64,000 bases of DNA from the NCBI GenBank assembly GCA_001244265.2, contig CDLV01000011.1:1488001-1552000 (forward strand). The letters run 5' to 3'. Position numbers and translations under genes: made by a program. Below the pieces are notes generated by a model, which was given only the letters and a program-made list of their open reading frames with translations, did not search any database and was not told the origin of the DNA. Positions 1 through 12,900 of the stretch are shown in pieces (positions within the stretch are counted from its first letter, which is position 1; every line of letters begins with the position of its first letter). The DNA comes from Microbotryum violaceum (taxonomy: Eukaryota).

Positions 1-1421
1 TACAAGGGTAGGTCCACGATTGCGAGTCGTGTTTCTTCGAACCGGGGACTTTGGCCCAGAATTTCTTGGCGCCGTCGAGAGGGGCGACGATGAGGGTCGT
101 ACCCGAGTCGAGGATGTATTGTACTCGCGAGGTGGATACGACTTTATTGTTGATGTAGGCGGCACCTGTGTGGTCGGAAAAATAGATCTATTCAGTACGG
201 TTACTGCCGAGTATGTGGTGTGTATTTGTTGGAACGCACTGTTTGCCACCTGCCAATACGTGTACGACCAAGCGCCCTTCGTCTTGCCGACTTTGTACCA
301 CGTCAAGTCGCCCGCAATATGGTTCGGACTGATGCCACCGAATGTGATCAATGAAGCACCAGCGATATTCGACAGTCGAAGTCCGAAGCGACTGTGGGTC
401 GTGTCTTGGGCGTATTGCGTCCAGGGTAGGGTCGTTAGACCCGACGCAGAAAGCTCGGAGAAGGCGAGTCCCAAGCTTTTTTGGCGAATCGGAGTAGGTA
501 CAGACTTTAGAGGTCAGCCTCGAGCCTAGAGGAAAAAAGATATGAAACTTTCGAGGCTCCTACTTACAGTCCATCACTTGGTAAGCCCTTGACGGTCTTT
601 GACATGGACGTCGACGAGATAATCGCTTGTTTGGTAACGCTGATGCCTCCTACCTTGACCGTATCGGTCACGACGCTCCCTTCCGTCGTCGTGCCATCGA
701 CATAGTTCGTCTCGACCTGTCCACCCGTTGACTTTCCCGTCGAACTTTGGCCGACGTTGTACCGAGTCTTGGATCCACAGCTTGAATTAGGGCACTTGTT
801 TGAAGCGAGGGTCATATCGGCACTACCGGTGTCGAAGTAGATGCTGAATTTTTTCGCGGGCGTCCCAATGTATACGGGTCCAGTCCAAATGCCCTCGCTC
901 GGCATGCTCAGTGACTGAGCTGCACGTTTTTGAATCCTCTTCGCAGTCGCATTCACGTCCCTGACTGATCCCATGTTGTTGAGGTTGTTCAGATTCTATG
1001 GAAGAGGCGCGGGGTCGTCAGGGTCTCGGTAATGGGAAAAATCGACGCGCGAAGCACAGCAAGCGAGTTGGGGATGAGGACAGACGCGTTCGTATTTACT
1101 GTAGTGTGAGAAGGAGTTCAGTCAGGACATGAGACTTGTGTGATCCAAGCACGTCTTCGAATGGCCAGGCTCGCTGCTCGAAGCAGCCTCCTCGGTGCTT
1201 GCCGCTCGGACCCTCCGCTCCGGCACTCACTTCGACAAGAGCGCGAATTCGCGTTGCAGTCGATCGAGGGCGACTGATCCATCAGTATTCTTGATACGAG
1301 CGGTGGCTCGTTCCAAGAACACGTTCGTCGTGGGTTGCGATTGGTTTAGAGAGTGTGGGGCCGCTTGGACGAGACCGAGTAAAGTTAGGATGATGAGCAG
1401 TCCAGGCGACGGGTCGATCAT
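1..1421 (-). CDS. Secreted pepsin-like (A1) aspartic protease; 3' end runs off the window
   Basis: Signal-peptide-like start MIDPSPGLLIILTLLGLVQA (ATG 1421). First catalytic motif IYFDTGS is in ORF 564-974; second motif ILDSGTTLIVAP is near 80-120 after splicing. GT-AG introns, including a 13-nt microexon (1086-1098), give one continuous frame. Confidence 0.93.
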
Positions 1422-2964
1422 GTTCACGCGCGTGGAGCGAGACCGGGAGGGAGGCTGGGAAAGGGTTGAGCGCGGCGCGACGCGTGCCAGGGGTGGGCTT
1501 AAAGTTAAATCTGAACGGTGTCCGGCGGAGCCGAGTCCGAGGCGGTAGCGAGTGGCGGAGGAAGCGAGACACGGGTAGCTGTTCAGCTGTAGTAGAGTCG
1601 AGAACTGAGTGGACGTGAGAGGACGTGGAGGATGGCCGGGCATCAACGGAGTCGAGCCTGCCCAGTGGTGACCAGTGGTGACCAGTGCTGGCAGGCGCTG
1701 GCGGGCGCCGGCGGGCAGCGATCTCCGGCTCCAGAGGCTATTAGACGATCCTGCAGTTGCTTGGCAAGGAAGATCTTCTTTTGATTCCGAACATCTCACT
1801 GCGGTCGTCGTGCCGAGGGACCCACCCGAAGCTCGATGCACAGGTACTTAGGCCCCAGCGAAACACACAAGTGGAATCCTATATCGTGCAAATTTGTGGA
1901 AGTAGATACTTCGTTTCACCGACAGCCCAGCGTGCATAGTTAGGGGCTCGAAATTCGCACTCCTGCTGTGATGCTCAAGCCATCACACATAGCCCCACGC
2001 TCCTCCAACGAAGACACACCTAGACAAGAATGAGGCCAACACACCGGATAATATAATAAACTTTGGAGGTATGGACGAGCCGGTGACACATTGTTCACTT
2101 GAGTACGCCGTCTCGCTGAGGCAACGTACGGAAGCTTAGCCGGCTCAGCTACGAGAGACGTTTTGTTTGCCATACGCGACTCTGAACTCGACGACAGGCG
2201 CATAAAGTTACACCACTGGTGCTATTGTCATAATAATGGCCAAATGTGTTATGCAAGCCTCAGTAGGCACCTAGAATATCAAATACGCGCCCGCTCCAAG
2301 TCCATTGCGCAAGCCCACTTGGCAAAGTGAGACTGACTGACAACGGCCAAGCACGTGCGACGCGACGCGTTGCCCGCGACATGCGACACGCGCCGCGCCG
2401 TGGGCCTGGCGAGGCCAGTTGCGCCAGTTTGCGAGCACGTGAAGTTGGAATTGCGAGCCTGCGCCGCGCCCCTGTTAGGCTGTTAACAAGCCTTGATGAA
2501 TTTTAATGCATGCATGTACTATATCGATTACATGGTAAGAAGCTCGTCTTGACCAAACGGATTCCAGGCCAAAACGCTGCGAGAAATGCCGGCTGAGGCC
2601 GGCTAGAACTCGTGGCCGGGAAGGACTTCGGTGCCAGTGGCAGTGAGGCGCGGGCAGATCGCTGATAATCGATGATGCCCTGAGCGGAGGAGTACTTGCC
2701 AGGCGATCGTTCTAAGCAGCAACATCTTTACCTCAACCTAACCGGATATATGAGTTTTGGGGACTGTTCCAAGCCTGCTTTAATTTGCGGGCTGCGCTGG
2801 TGTGTGTCTGTATTGGGCCACTGACTGCACTGCAGTGGCACTGCACAGGGTGAAAAGCAGGCTTTGATTTCCGACATATGCCGGATTGCGCCGACCAACC
2901 GCCATGGGTTCGACTCCGCTCGGCTCGACATTGCAACCCGTCGCGGCCGGGGGACTTGGACACA

Positions 2965-5416
2965 ATGGAGAGTCAGGATGAGGCACGAGTTCTCGTATTG
3001 TACACAGGGTAGGCCTGTCCGGAGATGCCCCTATGTAGCCTTTGCACCTCGATAGCTGACTGCAGGCTTCGCTCCTGCCGACAGTGAGTTGCAGAGTGTC
3101 CGACAGCTTGCAAGGTCTTGGCGAGGCTGCTACTACATGTTGACAAAGCTTTCACGATCATACAGGAGGGACGATCGGGATGCTCAAGACCAAGGAAGGA
3201 GGTTATGCCCCACATGCTGGCTTTCTTGCTTCCAAGTCCGTTCGGTGCCGTCGGATCTAGTCTCTTCCGCGAGGGCTCAGGCTGACGAACAATTGTCTGG
3301 CCTGGTTGATGGATTTACAGTCTTCGGTCACAGGCTCGATTCCACGACCCTCATCAGGACTCTGTGTTCGCCAACTCGCAGAGCGTCAGCGCCTACTCGT
3401 CGTGGCTTTCGACGAATGGGTCGAAACCGCCGAGTGGATCGAGCTCACCCCGGTTATCGGGAATTTCTGCGCCCGGAGAGCATGATCTGTCGGCGACGAT
3501 GACGGTGCATACATCCGAAGGCCCTTTTAATCTACCATCGCTTGTCACTCCTCGGACCGCTCAAGGCAAGCGGATCCGTTATGCCATCTACGAATACAAG
3601 AAATTGATCGACAGCTCCGAGGTGGAGCTGTCGGACTATATCCGCATGGCTGGGGACATTGAAGCCAACTACAAGACGTTTGATGCATTCGTCATCCTGC
3701 ACGGCACAGATACCATGTCGTACAGCGCATCAGCCCTCTCTTTCCTCCTCGAAGACCTGGGCAAGACTGTCATTCTGACGGGTGCCCAGATCCCCTTGTC
3801 CGAGCTGTTCACCGATGCGATCGACAACTTGCTCGGCTCCTTGATCATCGCGGGGCACTATCGTATACCCGAGGTGTGTGTCTTCTTTGACAATCATTTA
3901 CTTCGCGGCAATCGATCTGTTAAGGCTTCTTCGGAAGAGTTTGGTGCTTTTGAGAGTGCAAACCTTGCGCCTCTGGCATCGGTCGGAACGGGAATCGGTA
4001 GGTTGGACGATATTCGCGCACCGTGAAGAGTGGTGCGTAGGCTGAACTGGTCGATATATCCACCAGATGTCGTATGGAACGAAGTACTCCGGCCGGGCCT
4101 GCGACCTTTCAGAGCCCACAAATCGCTCTCAGCCGATGTTGGTCAGTCCGACCTGGTTGTTCGCCGCTTGCTGAAGCTCATAGCTGATGGTCGATCCTGC
4201 CCCAAATAGCCACGCTACGAATCTTCCCGGGAATCACTGGGAAAGCGATCCGCGCCTTCCTTGGCCCCGAGATCAAGGGGGTTGTGCTCGAGTCTTACGG
4301 CGCTGGGAATGCGCCGCGGCGGGAAGACCTTCTGTCCGCGTTCCGCGAGGCCGCGGATCGAGGGGTGGTGATCGTCAACGTATCGCAATGCGCAATCGGG
4401 AGTGTATCAGAGATCTATGAGACGGGTCGGGCACTGGTGGCGTAAGTATTCTGCGGCCGGGCTCTACGTTCTTAGAGACTGACTCGAAACTCTTCCCATG
4501 CAGCGTCGGTATTGCGGGAGGAGCGGACATGACGGTCGAATGTGCACTCGCCAAACTCGCCTACCTGCTTTCCAAACCGGACCTTACGCCAGCTCAAGTG
4601 CGAAAGCTGATGGGACATTCGCTGCGGGGCGAACTGACCGTCCACTCGCCTGCTCCTACCTACTCCTCGCCTGTACCTGCCGGTGACCGGCTGCGGACCT
4701 TATTCTCCCGCGTCCTCGACTGCTCGGTCCCCGCCAAGGGCGTCACGACCTCACCCTCAACCAAGAGTCACTTGAACTTGCATTCTACCGTCGATGATCC
4801 ATTGCCCGAAGACCTTGATCGACCTTGGCCAGCCAACCTGCGCGATGCCGAAGCAGCCGAGAAAGCCATCTTGCCTTACCTTCTTGGTCAAGCAGCCGCT
4901 CGGCCGGATTCCCTACTCGACCACCTCATCTCGTCGCTCGATTCCGACGCCTCCTCGTTCGAGAAGGACCACAAGGAGGTGCCTGTCCTAGGAGCCGGCG
5001 TGGCTGCTTCTCCGACCAAAGTCATCGCCCTCCTCAATGAACCGTCGACGCCAATCCTCCAGACCCCGTTACACATCGCCGTCATCGCGGGACAAGCGCA
5101 CAACGTTGATCTTCTACTAGCAAGCGGTGCCTCGGTCCATCTTCGCGATCAACTCTCCCATTCGGCTCTGTTTTACGCGGCTCGTGCGACCGCATCGGAA
5201 ACGACGAACAACTCGAACCTGCTGAGGATCGTCGAGTCGTTGAGGAATGCCGGGGCGCACCTCGGAGAAGTCGAAATCGAACGGGGAGATGTCGGGGTGG
5301 AGATTGCGAGGGCTTGGAAGAGGGACGATGGGATCGCGCGGAAATTGTGGGAGCGCGCTGCCGATGCACAGGAGTTGCAAAGGGCCGAGGCCGCCTTGAG
5401 AAAGTTCGTGGAGTAG
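2965..5416 (+). CDS. Cytoplasmic type I L-asparaginase with C-terminal ankyrin repeats (60-kDa lysophospholipase/ASPG-like)
   Basis: Spliced motifs VLVLYTGGTIGM, FVILHGTDTM, KTVILTGAQIP and LESYGAGNAP; ankyrin-type TPLHIA...LLLASGA near the C-terminus. All introns are canonical except the complex first one. Confidence 0.95.
3008..3165 (+). other. Predicted [D1,2]/[A2,3] spliceosomal twin intron (stwintron) in the asparaginase gene
   Basis: Intron A 3009-3084 (GTAGGC..GCTGAC..GACAG) and intron B 3084-3165 (GTGAGT..GTTGAC..TACAG) share G3084. Removing them in sequence restores TAC ACA GGA GGG ACG ATC (YTGGTI). Confidence 0.8.
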
Positions 5417-6206
5417 GTGCTTATCTTATCTCGTAAAGGTTTTGGCTTTGGCCAAATTCTGTTTTGGATCAGCAATGACGTCGCCCGTGGGCCACGTTAG
5501 CCGTTAAACGAACTCTCGCACCACAGGTAGATCGCCACTTTGGGCAATGGCGTCGTATGAATATCCTGATGGTCAACTGCGCGCAGTCGAGTCTTCGCTC
5601 GATGAGCATCATTAAAATTCATTGCGTGCACTGAGCTCTGTCAGAGCTCGACGAAACGCGAGCTTCGGTTTGAAAGGACCCAACCACCGTCTCGCCGTCA
5701 CGGCAATCCCCCGCCACGGCTCCCTACCAGAGCGAGCTCCTCGGAGTGAAACCACATTGTTTCATAACAGCAGCTGGTGAACTGATGCTATAATATTTTA
5801 CATTCCATATGGATCCCAGAGAGAAAAATGTATAGATTTGCAGAAGGGTTTCATAAGGAGAGCTTTGGGCTCAAGCCTTATGTTATCCTTACGAGCGACG
5901 GTGGGGCGTGTCCTCAGGCGGTAGAGACGCAAACGTTGCCTTTCCTGGCATAACCAGAATTGCTGATTAGCTTGACCCTTCCGTGGCCATCCCTTGCTGC
6001 GGCAGGCTGCGGCGGCGCCTCTCTATAATGGCCAGATCGACGGGTAATGAAACTCGCCTCTCCCTTCACGGACGCGCGCACTGATTGTCGCACGTGATCG
6101 TGTGATCGACCGCGCGAGGCGACGCCAGCAGTATGCCAGCCACGCGGACTTGTGTCGTAGTAGCCACGCTTCCCCCGCGAACATTCCCCAGCGATCGTTC
6201 AACGAA

Positions 6207-7116
6207 ATGTCGCTCTCGGACCCGATAGATGCCCACGTCCACTCCGTTCCCAACACAACGTCCTCGAATCATGGGAACGGACCCATACTCGCCCACACTT
6301 GGCTTGCTGCGCCGAGTGCCTCGACGTCGGGAGGATCACGCGATCGCACGGAAGAAGCCATAGCGAGCGACGAGGACGATAACGACGATGCGAGGCCGGA
6401 ACGGCCTAGACTTGGGCAAGCTCAAGATGAAGAAGAGGATGAGGATCATCGGGCGAGGTATCTTTGCGGAGTGGACGCGTACTATGGTGGGACTAGGCTG
6501 ATTCCGAACGAAGGGTCGACCGGTGAGTCGGCGCAAGAGGAAAGAATGAATGGACAGGAGGTTAAAGCTGAAAAACACTCTTCTTGTTTCCTGAGGATAG
6601 CGCGAGATTATCTCGGTGAGCCCACCTCAGCTTCCTTTGCTACCTTCGCGAATCCCGATCTCACCTTCCCGGATCTTCTTACAGCTCGCGAACGAAACTT
6701 TCTCTCTTGGATCAAACTCAGCTCCATTTTGAGCATTATCTCGGCCGCGATCCTACTGCACCTCTCGCTAGGTGTGAAAGAAGTCCCTCAATTCGCTTTA
6801 AATGCCGCAGTTCCGGTACGTCATTTTCGGGAAAGCGGGTGCCTACGAGCCGCACGAAAGAACACGTATGCTCATTAAAGATCTCCGCTACCCTGTCTCG
6901 ACCAACGACCGACAGCTCAGTATCCTCTTTTTCATCGCTGCTTTCTCGTCCCTTTTTGTGGGCATCCACGACACACTTAGCGTCGACGACAAATATCGAC
7001 GACAAACGGGCTTCGTCTACGCCGGAAGAGTATCGACGCTCACGACCTGGGCGATTTGTGGGCTGGCGTTGGCGAGTTGTATCATCTTAGTCATCTCAGG
7101 ATTTGGGGATTCGTAG
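6207..7116 (+). CDS. DUF202-like membrane protein with an acidic low-complexity N-terminus
   Basis: Motif DLLTARERNFLSWIKLS is followed by three hydrophobic segments. One phase-0 intron (GTACGT...CGACAG) joins ORFs 6102-6878 and 6802-7116. Confidence 0.75.
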
Positions 7117-7307
7117 AGTAAAGAAGCTGCCTTCTGCGATAGTAGTTGCTGTACTTGTGATCAGACCATCCGTGCTCAGTTGGGGAAAAGAAAGGCTTCA
7201 TCGCCGAGCTCGTTAAGTCAAGATGAATCAAACTGCAATGATCATTTGCGAGTCTGTAAAAATGTCTTGCATCTAAGCACTCTCAAGAAATAAAACATCC
7301 AGGTCGT

Positions 7308-9024
7308 TCACTCCGAACCCTCCGTCAACAACTTCTTCAGCCTGTTAACCTGCCCCAACACGGCCCTCCTCGACGTTCCACCTTCGGCATCCCTCCTCTC
7401 GACACTGGTCTCGAAGTTGAACACGTCCTTGACGTCGGCTTCGAAAGTGGGGCAGATGGATTGGAATTGCTCCAAAGTCAGGTCCGAGAGCTTGAGGTTC
7501 GAGTCCTCGGAAAGCTTGATGCAGGCTCCGGAGATATGGTGCGTTTCTCGGAAGGGGAGCTATGCGGAGGGGGGAAAGGGGTCAGCTGGGGGGGTCACAA
7601 TTTATATAAAAATGCGTCGATTGGTCAGTAAACTGGACTTACGCCCTTGCGAACGAGGTACTCGGCCAAATCCGTCGCAAGCATGTCGGGCGTCAAAGAG
7701 GCTTTCATCTTCTCCGGAAAGACCTGATGAGGGCAAGCAACGAAATGGAGATTGTCAATCTCCCTCCTTCGGGTCGTCCAATTGTGTCCGAGTTCCGTGG
7801 TTTGTACTGACCTTGAGCGTCGTGATGACCCCCTGCAAGATCCTCAAACTCTTGCCAACCGTATCCGCCGCATCGAACATGGGTTCCTGACTCTCCTGCA
7901 AGTCCTTGTTGTACGTCGCCGGCAAACCCTTCAACGTCGTCAAGAAGCCCGTCAATTGACCGATCGTTCTACCACTCTTCCCTCGAAGCAATTCGCATGC
8001 ATCCGGGTTCTTCTTCTGAGGCATGATGGATGATCCGGTCGAATACGCATCACCGCACATGACCCAACCGAATTCGGACGAGGAGTAGATGATGAGGTCC
8101 TCTGCGAGGCGTGAGATGTGGACCATGAGGAGGGAGCAGACGAAGAGGTACTCGGCGACGAAATCGCGATCGGCGACGGATTGCATCGAGTTGCCCGAGA
8201 CGCTGGCCATGCCTAGTTCGGAGCGGAGGAGCTCGCGGTCGACGGAAAAGGGGTTGCCGGCCAGAGCACCGGAACCGAGCGGAAGGGTCGAGACGCGGCT
8301 GTCAGGAGATAAGGGCATGAGTACAGCACACTTATGATAAACTGGCAGACTGAACTCACGGAAGAAGATCCTTCATCCTGCCGAGATCACCAGCGAACGA
8401 GTGGGCATGCGCGAGCAAGAAGTGGGAGAATCTGATCGGCTGAGCCCTTTGCAGATGCGTGAACCCAGCCGCGAGGTGGTCGATCCATTCCTCGGCCTTG
8501 ACAGTCAAGATACCAATGACACCTTGCAGCCACTCGATGTCCTGCACGACCTCGTTGATCAACCACAACCTCATGTCCGTCGCGACTTGGTCGTTACGAC
8601 TGCGACCGGTGTGCAGCTTGCCACCGATGTCGGAGCCGATGATCTCGGACAATCGACGCTCGTTGGCGGTGTGGATGTCTTCGTCGTCTTGCTTAATCAG
8701 GAAATTGTCGGTCTTCCATTCCTGTTCGACCTGATCGAGCCCACGACGAATCTCGGAGAGTTCATGGGCGCTGAGGATGGGGGGAGAGGTTTTCGACAAC
8801 GCAAGGGCGTAGGCTTTCGATCCTGCGACATCGACGGCGTAAAGCTTCTTGTCGTACGAAAGACATTGGTTGAATTCCCACATGCTGGAGGTGGAGAGGT
8901 GGGTGAGAGGGGGGTTGGGTCGAAGCGGCGGATGTGGAGCGACGGACGGAACTTACAGGGGGTCGGTGCCTTGGGTGAAGCGACCTCCCCACAGCTTCTT
9001 GGCCATCATTGCTTGGGCGGACAT
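7308..9024 (-). CDS. ARG4: Argininosuccinate lyase
   Basis: Motifs [48 protein letters not shown] and [11 protein letters not shown]; four canonical introns. Confidence 0.97.
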
Positions 9025-9922
9025 GGTGGATGTTTCGGAATTGGTTATGTGCGCTCAAGAGTCAGGTCTGCGGTTGATGCGTAAGTTTGTGAGGGCTGCG
9101 AGTGTTGCGAGAGCTGAGTGCACCTCGGCCGGAGATAAGCTGCGCTACACTTCTTTGGAGGCGAATGAAGGTGGAGGGGCTTGTGAAAGAAACTCAAAGC
9201 GAGCCAGCGTATTTTTGTGGCGCAGGCTATGTTGAAAGTGCTACTGGAGATGACGAAGGTCGATGATGGGATAGCGAATATCCCGTCGAGGCCGGAGCTA
9301 GACTTGGTTCGAACCGAGTTGCGGAGCACGACAATTCGCACCAAGGTCAAGGTTGGCTGTTACGTCGAAAGCGCCGGGTGGGAGTTTTACGGTCAAAATC
9401 CGGGAAGGATGGACTCACTTGGAGTTGATGCGGTGAGAGACTTGACCGATTCACGTGCAAGGTGGAGAAGTAGAGCTGAAGCGGCGCTCGCTCTTGAGAC
9501 GGCCGAGTCAAGAAAGGTCGTCCGCGCAAATAGTCGTCGATTGTAACCATGGTCGCCAGCGCTAATGTCGAATTCCTAATCGCCGACGCTTGGCGCGTGC
9601 ACTCAGCTCAGGCCGCGCCACGGGGAACAAGCTAGAACAAGCTCTTCCCAGTTGAGACGATCGACCGATCGTAGCATCCCTCTCCTCTTGTTCCTCTTCC
9701 CAACCCCCGTCCTCAGTCACCGTACCCTCGACTGTTCTTCACTGGGCTCTCCGCCTGGATCCCCCCCAACTCCGTCGGTCAGTCAGTCGCTGGCAGTCGT
9801 CGCCGCCGGGCCACGCGTGTCGACGCGCCTTCACTCACGCTCAACTTCTCTCTCGCCAGCCCACAGCGGCCAAGCAGCATCCAGCCGCAGAAGCGCACAG
9901 ACGCCCGACGTCCGACGCCGCT

Positions 9923-12900
9923 ATGGCCACTCCAGGCATGGCCAAGTCGGCCTCCTCGACCAGTCTCAGCCAACACCGTCCCTCGTCAAGTGTGATCGAG
10001 ACCTATGTCGTCGGCACACGCACCTGGCACGAGGACAAGACCTCGGGCTGGATCGCGGGCCAGGTCACCGCGAGCTCACTCGACGACAGCCACGAACACG
10101 TCCAGCTCGAGTTTGAAACCGAGGCAGGCCAGGTCAGTGCGCACAGCCGCGTTCTTCTTTACAGAGTGCCGTTCCTGTTCTAAGGATGCGATCGGAGACT
10201 TGGCTCTGCGCTTGCGAAATCACCGGGCGGAGCTATACACACGCCCATGGTAGAGCGCACAACAGGGCAGGTCGTACGCCGCGCGCGACGTGTGTCTCGG
10301 ACGAGTAGAAGACGACCGAGCATCGCACGAGGCGCGGGGGCGGGCAGCACAAGGAAACTGTACCACGCGCAGATCACGAGCATGTATGATGCATCACTCT
10401 CGCACCCGTCCTCCCATCTATCGCCCCGCTCGCTCCGTCATCTGTCGCGGTCGGGCTCGTGCAAATCGTCGCGTTCCAGTTCCAACTAGCCACGAATCTT
10501 GCCCAAAGTCGTCATCATCGCGCATGTCAGCGCACCTCTTACTCGTCCAAGACTAACTTATCTTGTATCACACATAGATCATCAAAGTCTCGACTTCCCT
10601 TTCCGCCTTGTCCCGGGCTAGCGCCTCCAACTCGACCTTGCCGCCTCTGCGGAACCCTCCTTTGCTCGAAGCAACCGAGGATCTGACCAATCTCAGTCAC
10701 TTGAATGAACCTGGAGGTACGTTTCGGCGCCCCTCCCAAATCGTCTGCGCCAGCGGGGCTGACCAAAACTTGTCTACGCACCCTCCAGTTCTTCACACAA
10801 TTTTGCATCGATACTCGCTAAGGCAGATCTACACCTACTCCGGTATCGTGCTCGTCGCGGTCAACCCGTTCTCATCCCTGTCCGTCTACGCGCCTTCGAT
10901 CGTCCAGGCTTACGCGGGACGCAGAAAGGGTGAGCTCGAACCCCATTTGTTCGCCATCGCCGAGGATGCGTACCGCTGCATGGCCGGCAACAATGGCGAG
11001 GCCGGTGGGAACCAGACCATCATCGTCAGTGGTGAATCCGGTGCGGGAAAGACCGTCTCGGCCAAGTACATCATGCGCTACTTTGCGACGGTCGAAGATC
11101 CCCTCAAACCCGGCAAACGCAAGACCTCAACGACGAGTGGCATGTCCGAGACGGAGGAGCAGATCCTCGCGACGAACCCGATCATGGAAGCGTTCGGTAA
11201 CGCCAAGACCACGCGCAACGACAACTCGTCGCGCTTCGGCAAATACATTGAGATTCTGTTCGACGGCGAGCAGACGATCGTCGGTGCCCGCATCCGCACC
11301 TATTTGCTCGAGCGATCGCGTCTCGTTTACCAACCCGAGACGGAGCGAAACTACCACATCTTTTACCAACTGCTCGCTGGCGCACCGAGCTCGGAGCGCA
11401 AGAACCTTGGCTTGGAGGCTGCGTCGAACTTTGCGTACCTCAACCAGGGTGGAGCCCCGAGTTATGCGATTCCGGGTGTCGATGATGCGGAAGAGTTCCG
11501 AGCGACGCAAAAGGCTCTGTCGACGGTCGGCATCACGATTGAAAGGCAGTGGCAGATCTTCAAATTGCTCGCTGCTCTGTTGCATCTCGGCAACATCAAT
11601 ATCACTTCTTCGCGAACTGACGCCCTGCTTGATGACGAGGACAAGTCGTTGGCGTTCGCGACCCGCTTGCTCGGAATCGACAAGGCCGAGTTCAAGAAAT
11701 GGCTCATCAAGAAGCAGATCGTAACGCGCACGGACAAAATCGTGTCGAATCTCAACGCGGCTCAGGCCAACGTCGTCAAGGATTCCGTGGCAAAGCACAT
11801 CTACGCATCCATGTTCGAGTGGCTCGTCGCGGTTGTGAACGAGTCGTTGACGAATGAGGCTGTCGAGGCCAATGTCAAGAGCTTCATTGGTGTCTTGGTG
11901 AGTTCTGCGCCGTGTTACCTGGCTAGCTCGCTGTTGTCGGCTTCGCTGACACTTGGCACTTGATATGGCCCTTAGGATATCTATGGGTTCGAGCACTTTA
12001 AAAAGAACAGCTTTGAACAGTTCTGCATCAACTACGCCAACGAGAAGCTTCAGCAAGAGGTAGGCGCTCAGTTCTAGAGAGCGTGTGTTGGCAATCCTTG
12101 CTGATCAGCGCCGTCGTTTGTACCAGTTCAACGCGCATGTCTTTAAACTCGAGCAAGAAGAGTACATTCGCGAACAGATCAACTGGACATTCATCGACTT
12201 TTCCGACAACCAGCCCACAATCGACCTCATCGAGGGCAAGCTCGGTATCCTCAGTCTGCTCGACGAAGAGTCTCGCCTCCCTTCGGGATCGGACGCCAAC
12301 TTTGTTCAGAAGCTGTACACGACCGTCGGGGCCAAGCCGGAGACGGCTTCGAGTGTCTTCAAGAAGCCTCGCTTCGGTTCAACAGCGTTCACGATCGCCC
12401 ACTACGCTTTGGATGTGACCTATGAGGTCGAGGGCTTCTTGGAGAAGAACAGGGACACCGTGCCGGATGAGCACTTGGTATTATTGTCGACCACGACAAA
12501 CTCATTCCTCAAGGAGGTCTTGGATCGCGCTGATGCGGCCAAGATCGCCGCTCAGGCTCAGGACAAGCCCGTCGAACGACCGGGCTCGGCTCTTGGGGAC
12601 GTGGCGAACAAACGAGCGAGCGTGGCGGGTGCTCCGGGTGGAGGAGCGATGAAACGAGTCGGCGCGACGGCGCGCAAGCCGACACTGGGCTCGATCTTCA
12701 AGCTGTCTTTGATCAGCCTGATGGACACGATCGACTCGACGAACGCGCATTATATTCGGTGCATCAAGCCGAACGAGGCCAAGCGGGCTTGGGAGTTTGA
12801 GCCGCAGATGGTCTTGGGCCAATTGAGGGCTTGTGGTGTGCTCGAGACGATCAGGATCAGTTGCGCTGGGTACCCGACAAGGTGGACCTTTGCCGAGTTC

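Noticed and set aside
3066-3083. 18-nt microexon between the two asparaginase introns
   Set aside because: Including it leaves the gene out of frame, and its CAG acceptor is only about 5 nt from the branch site. At most it is a minor non-productive isoform.
2496-5622. 13-bp inverted repeat ATGAATTTTAATG (2496-2508 / 5610-5622) flanking the asparaginase gene
   Set aside because: It is short and AT-rich, has no target-site duplication, and encloses a conserved housekeeping gene. Chance or a promoter motif is more likely than TIRs.
5852-5882. Hairpin CATAAGG-aGAGC-TTTGG-GCTC-aag-CCTTATG resembling telomerase RNA P6.1
   Set aside because: There is no P6 arm or three-way junction and no TAACCCTAA template nearby.
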